Source: Candidatus Auribacterota bacterium | GTDB taxonomy: Bacteria; Auribacterota; JAFGBW01; JAFGJP01 | Assembly (NCBI GenBank): GCA_023144635.1 | Contig: JAGLFH010000036.1 | Span: 2,645-66,644, forward strand | Length of the DNA: 64,000 bases | Direction: 5' to 3' | Shown here: in pieces, positions 10,018 to 18,235 of the stretch | Layout: each line of letters opens with the position of its first letter | How positions within the stretch are numbered: the first letter of the stretch is position 1 | Program-made: the position numbers and the translations under genes | The notes under the pieces: generated by a model | Database searches by the model: none | The model's input: only the letters and a program-made list of their open reading frames with translations | Told to the model about the DNA's origin: nothing

Positions 10018-12792
10018 ATGGATTATAAAGCAACTTTAAATCTTCCTCAAACAAAGTTCCCGATGAAAGCATCTCTTACAAAAAGAGAACCGATGCGCCT
10101 TGATGCATGGAAAACAAATGATCTTTATGGAAAGATCAAAGACGCGTCAAGTTCAAAAAAACATTATATATTGCACGACGGTCCTCCTTATGCTAATGGT
10201 CACATCCACAGCGGTCACGTATTAAATAAAGTATTAAAAGATATTATTGTTAAGTACAAAACTCTAACTGGTCATTTTGTTCCATATGTTCCGGGATGGG
10301 ATTGCCATGGACTTCCGATTGAACTTAGATTATTAAAAGATCTTAAAGCAACTAAGAACGATGTAGATCAGCTGGACTTTCGTAAAAAAGCACATGATTA
10401 TGCATTAAAATGGGTAAATATCCAAAAAGAAGAGTTTCAGAAATTTGGTATTTTCGGAGAGTGGGAAAACCCCTATCTCACAATGGACCCAAATTACGAA
10501 AAATGCATCGTAGAAAGTTTTTATAAAATATATAACAGCGGACATGTTATAAAAGGGAAAAAACCCATTTACTGGTGTTATGATTGTGAAACTGCCCTTG
10601 CTGAAGCTGAAGTTGAATATGATAATTTGAAAGCCCCTTCTATTTATGTAAGGTTCAAGCTAAACCATAACGCAAATGACTTTGGTATAAATTCTGAAAA
10701 ACCTATTAATATAGTTATCTGGACAACAACACCATGGACACTTCCTGCTAATAAAGCAATAGCAGTCCATCCTGACCTTGAGTACATATTTGAAGAACTG
10801 GATCAAGAGATCATTATAATTGCATCTGACCTAAAAACATCCTTTCATAAAACAACTTCTCAAGATGAAGGGAATATCTTAAAAAAAGTTACAGGTAAAG
10901 ATCTTGAAAAAAAGACATATACACATTTTTTCACAAAAGAGGAATTACCGGTCATTTTATCTTCATTTGTTACAACTGAACAGGGAACAGGTTGTGTTCA
11001 CACTGCTCCTGGACACGGACAAGAAGACTTTATTGTAGGCAACAAATACGGGCTCCCCGTTTTTTCTCCTGTAGATGACAAAGGACGTTTTGATAAAACA
11101 TCCAGCGTCTTTGTAGGAGAACACGTTTTTAAAGCTGATTCAAAGATTGTTGAGCTCCTGAAAGAAAAAAATGTACTTGTTTATAATGAATATCTTGACC
11201 ATTCATACCCTCATTGCTGGAGATGTAAAAAACCGGTTCTTTTCCGTGCAACCGATCAATGGTTTATTTCCCTTGAAAAAGAAGGCTTGAAAGAAAAAGC
11301 CCTTGATGGAATAAAGGAAGTCACATGGATACCGGAATCCGGTGAGTCGAGAATAACAGGGATGATCAAAAACCGTCCTGAATGGTGCATATCAAGACAG
11401 CGCCTATGGGGTGTCCCAATACCTGTTTTTTATTGTTCAAATTGTAACGAAGTGGTCATAAATAAAAACATTCAGGAACAGGTGATTGACAAAATTGCTG
11501 CGGAAGGAACTGATATCTGGTTTAAAAAAGATGCTGATTTTTTCATACCTCAAGGCACAAAATGCCCGCATTGCGAAAATGATAAATTCAAAAAAGAAGA
11601 GGATATCCTTGATGTCTGGTTTGATTCAGGAGTAAGCCATCAGGCAGTATTAAAAGAAAATCCTCTGCTCAAATTTCCAGCTGATCTTTATATTGAAGGC
11701 TCTGACCAGCATAGAGGATGGTTCCAATCTGCTCTTCTTACTGCAAAAGCAGTAGGAGACGAAACACCATTTAAAAAGGTACTTACTCATGGTTTTGTTG
11801 TAGATGGCGACGGGTACAAGATGTCAAAATCTCAGGGTAATGTTATTGATCCCCTTAAGCTTATGAATAAATATGGAGCAGACATATTAAGGCTCTGGGT
11901 AGCATCTATGAATTACTTTGTAGACATACGTATTTCTGATGCCATGCTTAATCAGATATCCGATGCATATAGAAAAATAAGAAATACTTTCCGTTTTCTT
12001 CTGGGAAACACATTTGATTTTGATTCAAATATCCATAAAGTCTCATTTGAGAATATGTCAGAAATTGACTTGTACATTCTCTCACGTTATGAAGAATTAT
12101 TAAAAAACTGTTCTGAATATTATGAAAATTTTGAATTTCATAAAGTATACAGGAACGTATATCAATTTTGTACGGTCGATCTCAGTTCATTTTATCTGGA
12201 TATAATGAAAAATAAACTTTATACCGATAACGCTGATTCAGCTAAAAGACGCTCGTCTCAAACAGTAATGACAATTCTTGCAGATGGTCTTTGTAAAATA
12301 CTGAGTCCAATTATCCCTTTCACAACAGACGAAGTTTGGGAATACTTTCAAAAGGAAAAAGACAGCACCAGTATTCATATTACTGATTGGCCTCAAATAG
12401 AGATAAAAAAAGACATGACAAAAATCCTTGAGAAATACCGCATTCTTCTTGAGCTTCGTAACTCTGTTCTTATTCAACTTGAAGAATCAAGGAACAAAAA
12501 AATAATAGGATCTTCTCTTCAAGCAAAAGTGCACCTTTCTGTTGGAGAAGAAAAGATGTATAATTTCCTTAAGGAAATAAGTATTCAGGAATTAAAGGAA
12601 CTCTTTATTGTTTCCGGAGTAGAGATATCAAAGAATGATAAAGAAAAAGAGCTAAATATTCAAGTATCTAATGCAGATGGCTCTAAATGTACAAGATGTT
12701 GGCAATACAGCACAAGCGTAGGAGATGATAAAGAGCATATAGAGATCTGTAAGAATTGTTTAGAAGTTATTAGAAAAAGCAGCAACAGCTAA
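10018..12792 (+). CDS. ileS: Isoleucine--tRNA ligase (type 1)
   Basis: HDGPPYANG, HSGH signature, GWDCHGLP, WTTTPWTLP, SRQRLWG, GSDQHRGWF, KMSKS, C-terminal zinc finger. Confidence 0.98.
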   Translation: MDYKATLNLPQTKFPMKASLTKREPMRLDAWKTNDLYGKIKDASSSKKHYILHDGPPYANGHIHSGHVLNKVLKDIIVKYKTLTGHFVPYVPGWDCHGLPIELRLLKDLKATKNDVDQLDFRKKAHDYALKWVNIQKEEFQKFGIFGEWENPYLTMDPNYEKCIVESFYKIYNSGHVIKGKKPIYWCYDCETALAEAEVEYDNLKAPSIYVRFKLNHNANDFGINSEKPINIVIWTTTPWTLPANKAIAVHPDLEYIFEELDQEIIIIASDLKTSFHKTTSQDEGNILKKVTGKDLEKKTYTHFFTKEELPVILSSFVTTEQGTGCVHTAPGHGQEDFIVGNKYGLPVFSPVDDKGRFDKTSSVFVGEHVFKADSKIVELLKEKNVLVYNEYLDHSYPHCWRCKKPVLFRATDQWFISLEKEGLKEKALDGIKEVTWIPESGESRITGMIKNRPEWCISRQRLWGVPIPVFYCSNCNEVVINKNIQEQVIDKIAAEGTDIWFKKDADFFIPQGTKCPHCENDKFKKEEDILDVWFDSGVSHQAVLKENPLLKFPADLYIEGSDQHRGWFQSALLTAKAVGDETPFKKVLTHGFVVDGDGYKMSKSQGNVIDPLKLMNKYGADILRLWVASMNYFVDIRISDAMLNQISDAYRKIRNTFRFLLGNTFDFDSNIHKVSFENMSEIDLYILSRYEELLKNCSEYYENFEFHKVYRNVYQFCTVDLSSFYLDIMKNKLYTDNADSAKRRSSQTVMTILADGLCKILSPIIPFTTDEVWEYFQKEKDSTSIHITDWPQIEIKKDMTKILEKYRILLELRNSVLIQLEESRNKKIIGSSLQAKVHLSVGEEKMYNFLKEISIQELKELFIVSGVEISKNDKEKELNIQVSNADGSKCTRCWQYSTSVGDDKEHIEICKNCLEVIRKSSNS

Positions 12793-12871
12793 CCTGCATT
12801 TTTCACAAATTGTTGTAAGAGACGAAAGAAGTAACTGCATCTTACAGTTGATAATTTGCGAGAAATACGGG
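12793..12871 (+). other. Long imperfect hairpin between ileS and the dksA-like gene
   Basis: cctgcatttttcacaaatt pairs with aatttgcgagaaatacggg; inner stem tgtaaga/tcttaca. Confidence 0.55.
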
Positions 12872-12893
12872 ATAAATATCAGGGAGGTTATTA

Positions 12894-13271
12894 ATGAACA
12901 AGACTGAAGTAGAACAATACAAACAAAAGCTTATTGTGCTTAAAGAAAAAGTGGCAGGTGTGTTAGAAAATATTACCAGAGATAATCTGAATTCTGAAAT
13001 GAGAGATATTTCAGGAGATCTTTCTGGTTATTCAATGCACATGGCTGATGTAGGAACAGAAAACTTTGATCGTGAAGTATCATTAAACATAGCCGGACAC
13101 GAAAATGAAATAGTTCATCAAATTGACATGGCTATAGAGCGCATAGATGAAAAAAAGTTCGGTCTTTGTGAAATGTGTTCAGAATATATATCTTCAAAAC
13201 GTCTCGATGCTATACCTTATGCTCTAAACTGTATAAAGTGTGAGTCAGAACTTGAAAAAGAACGATCTTAA
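12894..13271 (+). CDS. dksA: TraR/DksA family C4 zinc-finger protein
   Basis: HMADVGTENFDRE; CEMC...RLDAIPY..CIKC; GGAGG RBS. Confidence 0.85.
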   Translation: MNKTEVEQYKQKLIVLKEKVAGVLENITRDNLNSEMRDISGDLSGYSMHMADVGTENFDREVSLNIAGHENEIVHQIDMAIERIDEKKFGLCEMCSEYISSKRLDAIPYALNCIKCESELEKERS

Positions 13272-13755
13272 ACATTTTATCTTAATAGTTTTTCTTTTCT
13301 TTTCTGACAGAATATCTAAATATTTTTTTAATGCCTATATGTCTCCGGGAGAAAGCATCTCCTTATGGAAAGAAACTCTACTTTTAACTCTTGTATATAA
13401 TAAAGGAGCCGCCTTCGGAACAATGCAGGAAAACGGATGGCTCCCTGCTTTTATTTCAATTATTGTTTTATTTCCTTTGCTTTATATTTTCTTTAAGACC
13501 CCATTAAAAGATAGTTTAACCAGGCTTGGATTATCTTTTATAATATCAGGTGCACTTGGTAATATTTACGATAGGATCGTATACGGCTACGTTATAGATT
13601 TTATAGATATAGATATACCTGACATTATAAAAACTTTACCACGATGGCCTGTTTTTAATTTTGCAGATAGTTGTATAACGATAGGAATGATACTTGTGAT
13701 TATTAAGATACTCTTTAACCAAAAGGAATCTGTTGATGCACCCAATAGCATTTAA
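13240..13755 (+). CDS. lspA: Lipoprotein signal peptidase II
   Basis: NKGAAFG, GALGNIYDR, VIDFI, WPVFNFAD. Confidence 0.96.
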   Translation: MSQNLKKNDLKHFILIVFLFFSDRISKYFFNAYMSPGESISLWKETLLLTLVYNKGAAFGTMQENGWLPAFISIIVLFPLLYIFFKTPLKDSLTRLGLSFIISGALGNIYDRIVYGYVIDFIDIDIPDIIKTLPRWPVFNFADSCITIGMILVIIKILFNQKESVDAPNSI

Positions 13756-14539
13756 AATTTTAGGTTTAAATATTTATTCTTATGGATTATTTATGGCAAT
13801 AGGAATACTTACATCCGTTTGGATAGCTTCTACTATAGGTAAAAGGGAAAATCTTGCAACAGATACGGTTTATGATTTTTGTTTTATTATAGTTATTTTT
13901 GCTTTACTTGGTTCAAGAATATTATATGTGATAGTAAATCTGAAATATTTTATAAATAATCCTGTTGAAGTATTATTTTTGAATAGGGGAGGGTTTATTT
14001 ATTATGGGGGCTTTATTGGCGGCTTCGCAGCAGCTATCTTTTACTTAAAAAAGAATAAGCTTCCTCTTTGGGGAATGGGAGATATCATCTGCTGCGTGCT
14101 TCCTCTTGGACAGGCCTTTGGTAGATTAGGTTGCTTTTTAAATGGATGCTGCTTTGGAAAACCGGGACTTTATCACTGGTGCGTTCAATTCAGATCAGGT
14201 CTTCCATTCGAGCACTATCAAGAATTTGTACCGATTCACCCTGTTCAGCTTTATAATGCTGCTTTAAATTTTATCATCTTTCTTGTACTTTATTTTATAT
14301 TTGAAGATAAAAAGTTTAACGGACTTATTATAGTTTTATACGGCGTGCTTTATTCTTTTTCACGGTTTATAACAGAATTTTACCGCGGCGATGTACCTTT
14401 GTTAGGGTCTTTTACACTTGCTCAGTGGACAAGCATTATAATTTTTATTCTTTCAATTTTTCTATATCAGCATTTATCTCAAAAATATCAGAAACATCTG
14501 GAAATCTCTGAGCCGCATATTTCTAAAGAACCAAAGTAA
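13736..14539 (+). CDS. lgt: Prolipoprotein diacylglyceryl transferase
   Basis: YSYG, YYGGFIG, GRLGCFLNGCCFG, HPVQLY, RFITEFYRGD. Confidence 0.96.
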   Translation: MHPIAFKILGLNIYSYGLFMAIGILTSVWIASTIGKRENLATDTVYDFCFIIVIFALLGSRILYVIVNLKYFINNPVEVLFLNRGGFIYYGGFIGGFAAAIFYLKKNKLPLWGMGDIICCVLPLGQAFGRLGCFLNGCCFGKPGLYHWCVQFRSGLPFEHYQEFVPIHPVQLYNAALNFIIFLVLYFIFEDKKFNGLIIVLYGVLYSFSRFITEFYRGDVPLLGSFTLAQWTSIIIFILSIFLYQHLSQKYQKHLEISEPHISKEPK

Positions 14540-14586
14540 AAATAGTCCATAGAAAATATAAGAAGAAAGTAGGAAGTAATAAATAT

Positions 14587-14714
14587 GTAGGGGAGGGGCT
14601 TGCCTCCTCCCGTGCAAAACCATAAACATTTTCCTTTCACCTGGATCCCGCGGTTTAACCGCGGGATGACGACTTTTTACTTTTTTTCAAGGGCGGTTCG
14701 TGAACCGCCCCTAC
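14587..14714. repeat. Inverted pair of GTAG-type REPs with a nested GTCAT-type element
   Basis: gtaggggaggggcttgcctcctcccgt (14587-14613); tggatcccgcggtttaaccgcgggatgac (14642-14670); agggcggttcgtgaaccgcccctac (14690-14714). Confidence 0.8.
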
Positions 14715-14783
14715 TAATTCATTACATAACATTTTCTAATTTTTCATTTTAAATTTTAAGATTGTAATGTAGTATAAATACTA

Positions 14784-15746
14784 ATGAAAACCACAAATAA
14801 ACGTATCCTTATCTCTCTTGAGAACAAAGGAAAAAGGCTGGATTCGTTTTTAGCCGAGCACCTTAGATTAAGTCGTTCATTTATTCAAAAAGAAATATCT
14901 AAAAAAAACATTCTTATTAACGGACATTTTCAAAGATCTCATTATCTTTTGAAAGAATCTGATGAAATACACGTTTCTTTTTTTGAAGAAGAAAAAGACT
15001 TGTCCATAGTACCTGTTCCTATGGACATAAAAATCATTTATGAAGATGATGAAATTATTATAATCAATAAAGATGCCGGAATTTCTGTCCATCCGGGTGC
15101 AGGGACAAAAGAAGACACGCTTGCAGCCGGCCTTCTTCATTATACGAAACATCTATCAAACCTTCCTGATAAAACCAGAAGAGGCATTGTACATCGTCTT
15201 GATAAAGACACATCTGGATGTATGGTAATCGCAAAAACAGATGAAGCATTTCTTAATCTTAAAGAACAATTCTTAAAACGAACGATAAAAAAAACTTATC
15301 TGGCAATTATTTACGGCAAACTTGAAAGACCACATTTAAAAGTAGATCTTCCAATAGGACGACATCCTGTAAACAGACAAAAAATGAGTGTTCATTCTTT
15401 AAAAAAAAGCAGAGCATCACTAACAGAACTGTTTCATATTGAGAACTTGGGAAGGTTTTCACTTGTAAAAGCTAAACCAATGACAGGCCGCACTCATCAA
15501 ATAAGAGTTCATCTTTGCGCTATAAAGCATCCCATATTAGGTGATAAAAAGTATTCCCGAGGCAGAAACCTGCCGATAAATATAGAAAAACCTGTTAGAA
15601 TGATGCTTCATGCTGTAAAGCTATCAATACAGCACCCAAAAAACTGTAATAAAATAGACTTCGAAGCACCACTAGCAAATGATTTTAAAGAAACACTAGA
15701 ATCCCTTAAGCTACATAAAGACAACATGTTACATGAATATAAGTAA
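14784..15746 (+). CDS. rluD: RluA/RluD family pseudouridine synthase
   Basis: N-terminal S4 domain (RLDSFLA); GIVHRLDKDTSG; TGRTHQIRVH; HPILGD; MLHA. Confidence 0.9.
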   Translation: MKTTNKRILISLENKGKRLDSFLAEHLRLSRSFIQKEISKKNILINGHFQRSHYLLKESDEIHVSFFEEEKDLSIVPVPMDIKIIYEDDEIIIINKDAGISVHPGAGTKEDTLAAGLLHYTKHLSNLPDKTRRGIVHRLDKDTSGCMVIAKTDEAFLNLKEQFLKRTIKKTYLAIIYGKLERPHLKVDLPIGRHPVNRQKMSVHSLKKSRASLTELFHIENLGRFSLVKAKPMTGRTHQIRVHLCAIKHPILGDKKYSRGRNLPINIEKPVRMMLHAVKLSIQHPKNCNKIDFEAPLANDFKETLESLKLHKDNMLHEYK

Positions 15747-15767
15747 TTTTTTGCTGCTGTTTTCAAA

Positions 15768-15796
15768 TTGACAACTATGTAATATAATGTTATAAT
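15768..15796 (+). promoter_or_regulatory. Consensus sigma-70 promoter of the pilin cluster
   Basis: TTGACA-17 nt-TATAAT with extended TG; ATG follows 10 nt after the -10 box. Confidence 0.8.
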
Positions 15797-15806
15797 ATAA
15801 TATACA

Positions 15807-16307
15807 ATGCGCCCTAAAAAAAACAAAGGATATACTTTTATTGAACTAATCATGGTAATGGTCATTATTGGGATCATTTCTGTGGTTTCTGTAACCCGTA
15901 TTATTGAAAGCTCAACCTTGTCCTTTGGGATAAACCTTGCAACAATAAAAGATCATATAAGGTTTGCTGCAGATTACGCTCTTTCAAGAAGCGTAACAAC
16001 AGTTGTTTCCTTTGATGTAGCTAACAACCGATACTCGATTTTTAAAGAAGATCTTTCGGGACGCACCCTTTTAATAAATCCTGAGACCAATTCAGATTTT
16101 GTTATTCAACTGGGTGATGCAAATTTTGATGGTGTAATCCTTACGAATATAGATGTTAATAGTACAAATGAAATAAAATTTTATTCCTATGGTGTACCTT
16201 TTGATGCTAATGATATAAAAATAAGCTCACAAGCTTTCCTTGAAATAAATTCACAAAATGCTATCACTATTTATCCTGTAAGCGGTTATTGTTCGGTGCT
16301 GAAATGA
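15807..16307 (+). CDS. Type IV minor pilin/pseudopilin (FimT/GspH/MshC-like)
   Basis: Class III signal KKNKG|YTFIELIMVMVIIGII. Confidence 0.85.
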   Translation: MRPKKNKGYTFIELIMVMVIIGIISVVSVTRIIESSTLSFGINLATIKDHIRFAADYALSRSVTTVVSFDVANNRYSIFKEDLSGRTLLINPETNSDFVIQLGDANFDGVILTNIDVNSTNEIKFYSYGVPFDANDIKISSQAFLEINSQNAITIYPVSGYCSVLK

Positions 16308-16834
16308 GAAAGAATAAAAAAAACATTAGAGGATTCACTCTTCCTGAAATAATTATGACTATTACTATTGGTACAATAATTATACCTCCTATAATCATTA
16401 TGCTGCTTGTCGCACTAAGAGCTCCAGTTGTAATATCAGGAGCTATCAAAGGAAATTCTCTTGCAAGTGACCTTATGGAAGAGATACTTTCAAAAAGATG
16501 GGATGAAGCATCTACAGGAACAGGCCCTATTGCTGATGGTATTAAAACACTTCCTGTTGATCTTGGATTAGAGGCAGGAGAGACCAGAATTAATTTCAAT
16601 GATATTGATGACTTTAATAATTATTCTGAAACACCGCCTCAAAATGCACAGGGAATCATAATAACTGATTTTTCCGACTACACGCGAAAGGTTGAGATCT
16701 TTTATGTCGAGGGAGGAAACTCTGAAGATTATGATACCGAACTTTCAAATGTTTCAAATTTTAAAAAAATCCTTATAACAGTAACAGGGCCAAACAGCAC
16801 AAACAGATTAGAAGCTATTACGTCAAACAGATAG
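16304..16834 (+). CDS. Type IV minor pilin (PilV/MshD-like)
   Basis: IRG|FTLPEII; LMEEILSKRWDE, FNDIDDFN, FKKILITV; ATGA overlap with the upstream gene. Confidence 0.85.
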   Translation: MRKNKKNIRGFTLPEIIMTITIGTIIIPPIIIMLLVALRAPVVISGAIKGNSLASDLMEEILSKRWDEASTGTGPIADGIKTLPVDLGLEAGETRINFNDIDDFNNYSETPPQNAQGIIITDFSDYTRKVEIFYVEGGNSEDYDTELSNVSNFKKILITVTGPNSTNRLEAITSNR

Positions 16835-16875
16835 TAATTTAATTAAAAAATATTAAGAAAAATGTTGTTAAATCT

Positions 16876-17397
16876 ATGAAATATAAGAGAAAAAAAACTG
16901 ACTATTACAAAAAAGGCTACACATTAGTAGAAGTAACTATGTCTATTATGTTAATGGGTATTATTGCAAGTATTTTTGTATCAACAATTGTTGAAGGAGC
17001 AAGAACATATGTGTTTATTGAATCCCAAGCAGAAGCTGCAAATACAGCAAAGTTCTCTTTAAAAAGAATTTTAAGAGACTGCAGAAACGCTACTGTAATA
17101 TCTTCTGCCGATTCAACAAGCATAACATTTACAAATGCTTTTTCAGAAGACATGCAATTTGTTCTTTCCGGTAATGTACTTAACATAAGCGATGATAATG
17201 GTACAAACTTCTACCCTCTTGCAGAAAACGTACAATCTCTTTCTTTTTCTTATTATGATAATTTAAATAATTCTCTTGCTACACCTGTTGCAGACCCTAG
17301 TGAAATAATGTCTATCAGTATTGAACTTAAGACACAGAAGAACAATATATCTTTCCCTGTTAAAGGAAAGATATATTTAAGGATAAAGCCAAAATGA
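16876..17397 (+). CDS. Type IV minor pilin (PilW/GspJ/MshO-like)
   Basis: KKG|YTLVEV; RILRDCRNA; LAENVQSLSFSYYD. Confidence 0.85.
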   Translation: MKYKRKKTDYYKKGYTLVEVTMSIMLMGIIASIFVSTIVEGARTYVFIESQAEAANTAKFSLKRILRDCRNATVISSADSTSITFTNAFSEDMQFVLSGNVLNISDDNGTNFYPLAENVQSLSFSYYDNLNNSLATPVADPSEIMSISIELKTQKNNISFPVKGKIYLRIKPK

Positions 17398-18233
17398 GAA
17401 TTAAAGCCGGAAGAAGTAATGGTATGACATTTGTAACAGCAGTTTTCACACTGCTTCTTTTCTCCGTTCTTGCCGGAGCCTTTGCATCACTTATCAAACG
17501 TCAATCAGTAAGCTCTGTAGAGTTTACTATGGATGAAGAACTCTTCTTTGCTGCAGATTCTGGAATTGAGATGTCAATCAACTGGCTTTATCAGGATGAC
17601 CCTACAACACTTGCTTGGTGGGACAATGCAGACCCAGCGAATAGAAGCCGTCTTTTACCAAATTATCAGGATATACCCCTTAAAGATAGCTTAATAGATA
17701 TAACATCACAATATGCAGCTACTAATCTTATAAGTGATATCGGGGTCGGCGAAACTTCAATTGAAGTAAACTCTACTACTGATTTTCCTGCAAACGGGGT
17801 TATTCTTATAAATACCGAGTGGATTCAGTATTTTGCAAAGACAGATACTGAGTTTTTAGGCTGTATAAGAGGATATAGCGTAAGTGATCCTGACACGCAC
17901 TCATCATCTACATATGTTTATCCTGCATGTGATCTCTCTGCTAATATAACAAGCACTGATACAACAATACCCGTCACAACAACGACAAAATTTCTTCCGC
18001 AAGGAACAATTTTTATAGGGAATGAAGCCATAAAATATAATTCAAAAGACTCTACGAATTTTCTGGAATGCAGTAGAGGAAGCTTTGATACAACACCACT
18101 TCCCCACCCGCAAAGCGAAAAAGTGTTTCCTGCTCCTTTTGAAATATACATCACATCAACTGCAAAAAAAAATTCTCGAGAAATAACAGTAGAAGCACTT
18201 TTGCAATACCAATACGGATCTAAATGGGAATAA
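17394..18233 (+). CDS. PilX/MshP-like minor pilin with two inserted ~69-aa repeats
   Basis: NG|MTFVTAV (no Glu5); FFAADSGIE; C-terminal IYITSTA...ITVEALL; internal repeats at aa 110-177 and 179-246. Confidence 0.8.
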   Translation: MRIKAGRSNGMTFVTAVFTLLLFSVLAGAFASLIKRQSVSSVEFTMDEELFFAADSGIEMSINWLYQDDPTTLAWWDNADPANRSRLLPNYQDIPLKDSLIDITSQYAATNLISDIGVGETSIEVNSTTDFPANGVILINTEWIQYFAKTDTEFLGCIRGYSVSDPDTHSSSTYVYPACDLSANITSTDTTIPVTTTTKFLPQGTIFIGNEAIKYNSKDSTNFLECSRGSFDTTPLPHPQSEKVFPAPFEIYITSTAKKNSREITVEALLQYQYGSKWE

Positions 18234-18235
18234 TT

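Noticed and set aside
15572-15580. GCCGATAA inside rluA (another lies in clpX near 5626)
   Set aside because: Both are in coding sequence with no good -35 box, and a consensus sigma-70 promoter already explains the pilin cluster.
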